A DNA stretch of 59,056 nt, counting the filler, from Sphacelaria rigidula (lineage: Eukaryota): NCBI GenBank assembly GCA_964200075.2. It is 8 parts of 8 records of this genome, joined end to end, with 100 filler letters (N's around TTAATTAATTAA, not from the genome) between each part and the next. Parts side by side here need not be neighbours in the genome. Positions count along the whole stretch, not along the records: positions 44,369 to 51,662 come from CAXNAA020015581.1; positions 51,763 to 59,056 come from CAXNAA020015582.1; 6 more parts are not named here. One strand, 5' to 3'. Below the pieces are notes generated by a model, which worked only from the letters and a program-made list of their open reading frames with translations, searched no databases and was not told the DNA's origin. The translations under genes were made by a program, and so were the position numbers. Below are positions 51,372 through 59,056 of the stretch, one piece after another; position 1 is the first letter of the stretch; each line of letters opens with the position of its first letter.

Positions 51372-51845
51372 CTGTTTGTCGGCGGTGTGATTAAAGGCGG
51401 ACGATCAAGAGAACACAGGGCAACGCCAACAAGGGGTGGAGTGTTCCGTGCTAATGGACATGAGAGCTAGTGAGTGGGACAGTGATATCTCGTCGAGCAC
51501 ATGCAGGGAAAAATAGACCGTCGCCTACTCACCCAAACGGAACAGGTGGCGCATTTCAAAACAAATATCACGAAGCAACTGACGCCGAGCGCCAATTTCA
51601 TCTGGGGGAGGGGGGGGGGGGGGGGTACTCATTTGTTGCTTGCCTTAGTCGTTTGACCATTGNNNNNNNNNNNNNNNNNNNNNNNNNNNNNNNNNNNNNN
51701 NNNNNNTTAATTAATTAANNNNNNNNNNNNNNNNNNNNNNNNNNNNNNNNNNNNNNNNNNNNATTTGTCTAGGTTTTGGTGGCTTGTTTTTACAGCGCCG
51801 TTGCCACTCGACGCCAACCAAAGAGTCCAGAGGTGAGGGGACACC

Positions 51846-52474
51846 CCAGGGGGCAGCGTAAAAACGAATACGGGATATGTGGGCCCCAAGATCGAAAAAA
51901 AATAAAGGTGGACGGGGGCGGGGCACCCAGCCGTCCGTACCCTGGTTTGTTGCCGAAGCGCTGGCGGATGCGGTCAGCTGCCGTGGACAGAGATCCTTGG
52001 CATGGAGACCTGATGCCATCGGGACAGAGCGAACAAGGAGCAGAAGCAAATATATAAACCCCGCAAAGCCCACCAGACTTTTCGGTTTTTGCCAGTATTA
52101 TTTGATCAAATTCTTGCAACAAAATTAACGGGTGGGGGGGGGAGGGGGATTAAGGGATTTTTTTAAAAGTATGCCCTCCGGAATCTAAGGTCATCGGGAC
52201 AGAGGGGGCAAGGACCAGGAGAAAAGATACAAAACCCCGCAAAGCCCACTTGACTTTTCGATTTTTGTCCGTGTTTTTTATCAATTTCTTGCGACAGAAT
52301 TGTCAGAAAAAAATCAAAACAGTCTTGATTGATCACTTCTTCATTGATCATTTTTTTGCAACAAAGTTGCCAAAAACAAATATAGAATATCATGACAGTT
52401 TTCGAAAAAATTTCTTCCGGGGGGGGGGGGGCAGGGGCTACATGTCCGAATTTCTTCCCCGCGCTGCCCCCTGG
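51846..52474. mobile_element. hAT-like MITE with perfect 13-bp TIRs (CCAGGGGGCAGCG)
   Basis: 51846-51858 is the exact reverse complement of 52462-52474. Contains an internal duplication (aaaccccgcaaagcccac at about 52056 and 52232). No clean TSD. Confidence 0.65.
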
Positions 52475-52579
52475 ATGCACCTACACTCAGTGTTGCTCCA
52501 GATTTCCACTTGCACAACACCTCTGTTTGCATCAAACGGTTCTGCGGATACCACTACAACCGTGCTGCGTCAAAGGGCC

Positions 52580-52684
52580 ATATGCAAAACCTCTACAGTC
52601 ACGCTGTCATGTTCATATGCAGAACCTCTACAGTCACGCTGCCATGTTCATGTGCAGAACATCTACAGCCACGCTGTCATGTTC
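52580..52684. repeat. 35-bp minisatellite x3
   Basis: at(a/g)tgca(a/g)aac(c/a)tctacag(t/c)cacgctg(t/c)catgttc in head-to-tail tandem with no spacers. Confidence 0.92.
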
Positions 52685-53488
52685 TCTCGTGCAAATCTCT
52701 CGAGCTGTGCCGTGTTGCATAGGGAAGCACATGTGATGCAAGGACGTTGCTGTACGTGGGATATGCGGCGCAACCCCACCTTGTGTATCTTGCCACGGTT
52801 GACCAGGTTCTTTTCCCGCATTTTGTACGCATTTTTTAAAGTGGATTTCTTGACATCGACTGCAAGTCAGTGAATGAAACTTGGAGCACTATTGTACTCG
52901 GGCACATCACAAGTAGCATGTTCCCCGGGCGCCGACGCTTGCGGTGCGCGGGGCACCTGGGAGGACGTGGATGCCGAAATTCGGCTATCCGGCAAAACGC
53001 ACTCTAGTCGACCGCCTCGCTGCCCAAAAATGCGTGCACCATCAGAAAAAATTTAGGTGAAGCTACTCGTCCACTGACTTCGACGTCATCTACACGTGGG
53101 GCGCTGCTGCGCTGAGAAATGAATACTAATTTGAACTGGAACACCCGCTGGATAATGACAATAGGCGCGAAACACCGGTGCGCATTGCCTATAGAGGTGC
53201 TCAATTCGAGAAACACGGCCGCACGCGCGCTGTGGCAGCTGCGAGTCGCTGAACTTCGCCCACATGGCGCCATAACCACAGCAAACTACCTTATATCGCT
53301 GAATCTGTCGTGGGGCCTTGCAGCAGCGTGTGCCCGTGAGACGAAAGGTCAGATTCTGTTCCGAAAAATGTTTTTGTTTTTTCCCTTGCTTGGTCTTGAA
53401 ACTGGTCTTTCGTCTCTTGTGATGTTATACCCGGTAGTAGATAGCAAACCTGTATCTCGATGTGGACATGTAATCCTGCACACCTTAC

Positions 53489-53611
53489 CTGCTCTGCGCT
53501 TTGCGTGCTGTTGTGGTTGACTCCATGGAGATGTACGGTCGTGAGTGCCGATGCCTTAGCCGGACACAACACCACGGGGAACATTCCACGAGCCATGTTC
53601 ATGTTCACCAT
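53489..53611 (-). pseudogene. Degenerate inverted paralog of the plastid-targeting first exon at 54239-54369
   Basis: MVNMNMARGMFPVVLCPAKASALTTVHLHG... followed by CAG/gtaagg. It aligns with MMLNMARGVLPMALCLANASAFTTTFLNG but has ASAL and a different exon phase. Confidence 0.6.
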
Positions 53612-54238
53612 GTTGAAGCCTTTGCTCGTCACCGCGGAGGGCGCCTAGCCTAGCCAGGGCCTAGCGTGCATTTTTCAGCATAATCATGTGTTGGCTGCTA
53701 CCCGTGAGCTTCTGGCTGCTGCATGATTTTCTGCGACGGACAGCAGCGTGATTGATAGCGAGAGTAACACTACTGGATATTGTGGCAGGAAAGAGATGAA
53801 CAACGGGTCGTGCTGACAAGCGTCAACCACACGACAGACAGCTGTACTGTTGTGATATACGGTGATATAACAGCCAGCAAAAGGATATCGTTTGTACCCA
53901 AGCGTCCTCGTGAGTATTAGACACCGAATGCCGCTGCGTGAGCCTGCCTGTCGTCGCCCTTTGTGAACCATTAACTTTTCGGTATGTCATCACAGACGAA
54001 GCTCATGGAAGCGCCCTTCATTGGATAACACACGCGTACCTTTATCGCCGTTACCATACTCGCTGGGTGTCACAACTATATCTGCTGGGATTGCAGAGCG
54101 AATCTGCAACTACCGGCCCAGCGGAAAAACCTTCACGTACGTCTAACCACCACGGAGGCGTCCATGGGCACTCAGAGGAAACGTACTGTCGTCAAAAAAC
54201 AACCCTCCGCTGGACACATTCTCTGAGCAAGCGGCAAC

Positions 54239-54965
54239 ATGATGCTGAACATGGCGCGTGGGGTGCTTCCAATGGCTTTGTGTCTGGCTAATGCATCGGC
54301 GTTTACGACGACGTTTCTGAACGGGGCCAACAGTCGCGCTCCCCAGCAGCAGCACGCGAGGCCCACCAGGTGAGGAGTACATGGCCCAAATTCCAAATTG
54401 CGGTTCAGGTTAGTTGCATACTTGTTACGGGGTATAGCACCCCCATCAGACCCGTGTTAAAGGCTCGGTTTTCACTAAAGCTGCAGCTCTCATGTTGCCA
54501 AATGCTTCGTTTTTCGGAAGGATGTTTGATCGAATGAGGCTCTCTAGAAATTTCTTTCGCCGTCCCTCCAGAAAGTCAACGATGGGGCAGAGGATGACTT
54601 GAGAGGTGTTATACCCCGTCAACCACGCCGTCGTGTTGCCCGAAAGAAGATACCGTTTCAACCCCTCTGATTATGTGGCATCTCATCCGGGCGCCAAAAT
54701 GTGGTTTTTCCCGATGTTGATCTATCTGTGATGTTTTTCCGTTGCTCCTGAGATCAAGTTAGCCGGTTTTTTCCAAAAGCGCGTCGTTTTGGGTCACTTT
54801 TCATGAACCAGGTACTTGGAGTACCACCTCTCCTTTTTCTCCAAATAGCGACCAGACACACCACTCCGTCAAAACTGTAACTGTCGCCGCCGCTGGTCAG
54901 CGACCAAGCACGACACTCTCGCAAGTGGATATTTGTCCCGCTGGCGCCCTGCGCATCCCCCACAT
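54239..54965 (+). CDS. 5' exons (54239-54369 and probably 54849-54965) of a nuclear gene for a plastid-targeted protein
   Basis: MMLNMARGVLPMALCLANASA|FTTTFLNGANSRAPQQQHARPT: signal peptide, ASA-F cleavage motif and transit-like peptide, with donor AG/gtgagg. The second exon has a strong pyrimidine tract, tag acceptor, gtgagt donor and compatible phase 2. Confidence 0.65.
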
Positions 54966-55511
54966 GTGAGTGGTGCCCATGCTGCAGTGAATACGTTTGT
55001 ATTTTGGCTTACTTTCAAGTAATCATCAGCGGAAGCAACACACTTCTCCGGACCGCTTTTCCTGTTGTGTACACATTCCATACCTTGGCGGGGTTAGGGG
55101 TAGGTACGAGAGTGGTGACATGAACCCGGGTCCCAAGTAAATTCTCGTGAAGAAGGAGGTTATCCCCCCCACAAGTACATTGAAGATGAAGCTACCTGAG
55201 CTTTATGTAGTGCAGCAGTCGATATACCTCGCGCACAAATGCCGGCGCGCCTTCTTGGTCTAATGATGCAACTGAGGCCAGTAGGCCGTGTGTTGACAAT
55301 GATGACCTGATGGGGAAATAGCGGTTCACAACTTCATGAACACTGAAATCACGCGACGTTCCGATCTTGGGCGGGGAAACAGTGATGCTGAAAATACAAA
55401 GCAACGCTGGTGATTAGAATAAGGCCATACAGCGTGACACCGCCGATGATGGAAAAGTCAGCTGTGCACCCCATGAAGAGCCGAACAGCCCAATCGTGTC
55501 CACGACGATTA

Positions 55512-56310
55512 CGAGCTGGGCCAGCCTAAAAACGGATTTAAGTTTCCATACTAAAATCAATATACTACGAGCAGAGGCACTAGATGCCCTTAATCTGGAC
55601 ATCGCGTCTCATTTTTTTAGGGTTGTTCAATAAAATTTCGTGTAATGGACCGCTAGTGCATAATAAAATAAAATAAAACGGCTTGCTACCTTTTCTCATT
55701 TTTTCTCATTTTTTTTCGTATTTTTAGTGGAGTTTTGAGGGAAAATGAACGTTGCTCTTCAGCCTTATCGCACTGTTGTAGCTCAATTTCTAGAATTGTG
55801 ATTTGAAAATTAGCATGGGGAACCACAAAAGTGTGCCGAAGAAAAAAAAAAATGGGCCTTCATTTATTTTTTCTTTCAAAGAGGTTCGGACGTTCTCGTG
55901 AAAAATTGGTCCTGACCATAGTAGAACGCCCTGAACCAGTGAATAAATATGAAAAAAAATGAACCGAACCCACCCTTTTTGTTAATTATGCCTTCGAGAG
56001 CGCCCACACCAAATTTCAATACACGAAAACCAAACGTGGGCCGGTGAGTGGCCTGCAAAATACTGTTGCGAATTTCTACCGACCCGGTTTTTGATAGGCC
56101 CATGCTCTTTTGTACATTTAGAGTTGGTCCCTGAAATCTGGTATGGACAGTGCATAGGGCCTGAGAAGAAAAAAAAACTTTTGGTACTTCAGTAATTTTT
56201 TTTCTCATGCCCTATGCACTGTCCATACCAAATTTCAGGGCCCAACTCTAAATGTATAGAAGAGCATGGGCCTGCAAACTTCAAATCCGCCTCTAGGCTG
56301 GCCCAGCTCG
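55512..56310. mobile_element. ~800-bp AT-rich element bounded by ~34-bp imperfect inverted repeats
   Basis: cgagctgggccagccta...cggattt.aagttt (55512-55545) is the reverse complement of 56276-56310. A related motif occurs at about 58722. Confidence 0.7.
56096..56273. repeat. Inverted repeat with ~71-bp arms (hairpin-forming)
   Basis: 56096-56166 versus the reverse complement of 56203-56273 differ at only a handful of positions. The A-run and T-run extend the pairing. Confidence 0.92.
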
Positions 56311-57792
56311 CAGATATTTCGCATTTTCATCGGATTGTGCCTCCGCTCTCAATGTTTTTCACAGTAGTTCCAAACTGATGAACCTTTGTAAGGACGTGTC
56401 TCGAGCGCATATTTTCTTGGTTGAAAAAGTGCTGCGGAAAAGAAATATTAGTTCTGATAAGTCTACCGCATTTTTTTTCCTAGATAGCTTCAACTATTTT
56501 TTATAATTAGTGCCGCAAGATGTAAAAAGGGCAGTATACAAAAAGGGTGCACCCTGGTGCTTTTGGAACGACAAAGGGTAACGCATTTTTCGGTTTGAGG
56601 CGCGGCGCTGCACGTAGGCTGAACACCTAGAAAACACATTCCAGCGCCTCACGGTGTTTTTCCTTTTCGATAGTGTGGAGGCATTTCAGTCGGAGACGTG
56701 TACATTCCAGTGGATGAGTCATGTCCCGCAGTTTCAACTCTCATGTGCTCAGAGAGGTCATCGTGGGAAGGAGGGTTGGCACTGTCAGCAGCAACAGCTG
56801 CCTTCACAGGTCATTCCACGGTGGAGAAAGCCGAGTCAAGCACGAGATCCGTCACAGCACACCCACATCACAAGCGCTTGCTACTGAAAATATGTCAGGA
56901 TCCGCTATTTATAGAACAGGACGAGCTTGGTTCAGGGTTATCTAGATGCAGTCCCCATCCTGTGCGCATTGGTCTTCAAACATATATCGAGTACACTGCT
57001 CGTACTCCGTGTTTGGTAGCTCGTACCAACCGCAGCCGTGACGCGTTGGGCGACTGTACCTTCTCACCGATCAGCCGCAGGGGACATGGTGACAGTAAAC
57101 TGCAGCTTGTCATATCCTCACGTTATCTCTTTTCTTTGTAAATTCCTCGCTGTCTCATACACTTTGCCAGCACATGAGCACAGACGCTTTTGCTGAGACC
57201 CAAGTGCACGAGGGATACCACCCCTCGCTACACCACATTTTGTACGGCTGTCCATGTTGCTGCTAAGCTTGCCCCAGCTGGCGCACACAGGAGTGAAACG
57301 CCGCCTCCGCCGCTATAATGGATGCCTATTTTTTTTGGCGAAGCTGTATGGTTACACCGCCGCTATAGCACGAACGCCGGCTGTAACATTTCACCCCGTG
57401 AGTTTTTACACCCTGTTTCAAAGTGTACTGCGTGCAGTACCGACTACAAATACAAGTATTGCACACCTTGAACAAAAGAATGGGCAGCAAATTCCTGGCT
57501 GTGCGCAGTACATTTTTTTACTCTGTATACTGACTGTAGAAATATTTTGCCTAGGGCGTGGTACATTTCCACATCGCACTTACGCGGTGAGATGGGGAAA
57601 TTATCTACAACATTTGGGCGAAGTGTCGGGGGGGCAATCGCCGAAATGTTGACGCGAAAACGCCCCCCAGTGCACTGTAAATTGATATCGCCATTGGAAA
57701 AGATTACTACAACCACCTTGCCAGAGGCCATGCTGTCAGCACGCAGGATTCGCTAGCATTGGTACAGTTATGGGTGGTGACGGAGGGCCGAA

Positions 57793-58248
57793 GACCACTG
57801 TGTATGGCATCCAATCCGTGTGTGTACAAATATGAGGATTTCAGCCCGTTCAAATCCGATTTTCTCCCGTGGATTGATTTTTAGGACCCCAGTCCGTTGG
57901 GCAATGTTTTTCGCCTAGCTCTGAGGAACTCAGATCAATTCTCCGATTCTCTGTGCGCTGACTTTTGGTTCATCACCTTTCTCCTCAGATCGGGAGACCC
58001 GCGCATACCCCCCTGAATCTGGGGCCCAAATCGGGGGGGATGCGCGGGTCTCCCGATCTGAGTAGAAAGGTGATGAATAAAAAGTCAGCGTCCGGAGAAT
58101 CGGAGAACTGGTCTGGTTTCCTCAGAGCTAGGCGGAAAACATTGCCCAATGGACTGGGGTCCGAAAAATCGATCCACGGCAGAGAGATGGATTCAAACGG
58201 TCTGAAATCCTCATATTTGTACAAACACGGATTGGTTACAAAGTGGTC
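57793..58248. repeat. Large imperfect palindrome (foldback) with ~215-bp arms centred on GGGCCC at about 58024
   Basis: For example ctcagatcgggagacccgcgcat / atgcgcgggtctcccgatctgag and tgtacaaatatgaggatttcag / ctgaaatcctcatatttgtaca. There is essentially no loop. Confidence 0.93.
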
Positions 58249-58396
58249 CAAAGACAAAAAAATTGGCGGCAAACTAAAAAAATCAGAAACGCGGAGGAAT
58301 GATGAACACGTCAGTAGGTGATCGCACCTGTGCCGAGGTCCTCTCGACTACTGTGGAACGCACGCGTGATCACGTGTAAACTTGGTTTATTATGGG

Positions 58397-58476
58397 TACG
58401 TATATCATGAGACCACGGCTGGACCCCGGGGGGGTCACTTAAAGTGCGATAATAAAAAAAAAAAACAATCAAAAAC
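58397..58476 (+). mobile_element. 80-bp 5'-truncated retroposon insertion with an A-rich tail and TSD TATGGG
   Basis: TATGGG occurs at 58391-58396 and 58477-58482. The paralogous repeat at about 16506 has a single TATGGG and no insert. Confidence 0.85.
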
Positions 58477-58937
58477 TATGGGACAGCTGTAGCCCTCGAG
58501 ATCGTGCGTTTCCTGACACAGGAAGCGAGCCAGCCCACGGCACGTCACAGCCCCCGCGTACACACAAGATCTAGGGAAAGTGGTTTCACGTGTTGCTGCC
58601 GTCGCGTCAGCGGTGCGAAAATCCCCCCCCCCCCAGAGCGCAAAACACCTCATTTCTGTACATTCAGGTTTGTTGCGGTTCAGTATCAAACTTGAACAAA
58701 AAAGTGAAACTAGTTGACCTACGAGCTGGGCCAGCTTGAAAGCGGCTAAAAGTTGCCCACACCCCAGCTGTCCCAGTTTCCGGAATAAACCCGATGTAAG
58801 CGTTGGGAAGTGCAGACCAACCTGGTAACACACGGCACTGCCGCTGAATAAAGGAAAAAAATGAAAAAAAGTGTACTGCATAATATATCACCTTAACGAC
58901 GGACGAAAAAAAAGAATCTGTCGAGATTGGAACTCAT

Positions 58938-59056
58938 TGTAAGGAAGGCGTATCGCTAGAGTGGTCAGAGACCTACGGGGGGAGACTGCCGTCGTGATGC
59001 CGAAGGAACTCCGAGGCTGGCGATGACTTCCTCTAGTATATGTAGGCAAGAAGGGG
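58938..59056 (-). mobile_element. Partial third copy of the LTR of the 18304-21023 element
   Basis: Reverse complement of the LTR 3' end (cgccagcctcggagttccttcggcatca...ctctagcgatacgccttcct.aca). It is not followed by a PBS, so it is a 3' or solo LTR. Confidence 0.88.

Noticed and set aside
52580..52684. 35-bp repeats of CRISPR-like length
   Set aside because: The units are head-to-tail with no unique spacers, there are no cas genes, and the context is eukaryotic; it is a minisatellite.
56374..56400. CTGATGA core suggesting a hammerhead ribozyme (also at about 6968, 23008, 26867)
   Set aside because: There is no correctly placed stem II followed by GAAA and no flanking stems.

Overview
This window is not one contiguous locus. 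It is eight unrelated contigs of 7294-7296 bp (1-7296, 7397-14691, 14792-22086, 22187-29480, 29581-36874, 36975-44268, 44369-51662, 51763-59056) joined by artificial 100-nt linkers (44 N + TTAATTAATTAA + 44 N). The DNA is eukaryotic, intron-rich and repeat-rich. By inference it comes from a photosynthetic stramenopile, probably a brown alga, based on an ASAF plastid-targeting motif, short exons in long introns and the repeat types present. Host genes supported by the sequence: one internal exon of TRAPPC4/TRS23; the last four phase-consistent exons of an unknown helical protein; two exons of another unknown gene next to a decayed UBZ4 zinc finger; and the first exons of a plastid-targeted protein facing away from an inverted, degenerate copy. 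Most of the rest is mobile DNA: a Copia LTR plus gag cut by a (CAA)n-tailed retroposon, a 2.7-kb non-coding LTR element, a decayed Gypsy element, an RTE-type LINE relic, tRNA-derived SINEs, hAT-like pieces, several MITEs/foldbacks, and micro- and minisatellites. Almost all ORFs in the supplied track are spurious. I found no prokaryotic operon, CRISPR array or clearly novel multi-gene system. The most interesting items are the divergent targeting-exon pair, the unidentified decayed intronless ORFs in contig 5, and several nested or tandem TE architectures. All family assignments come from motif recognition by eye; no searches were run.
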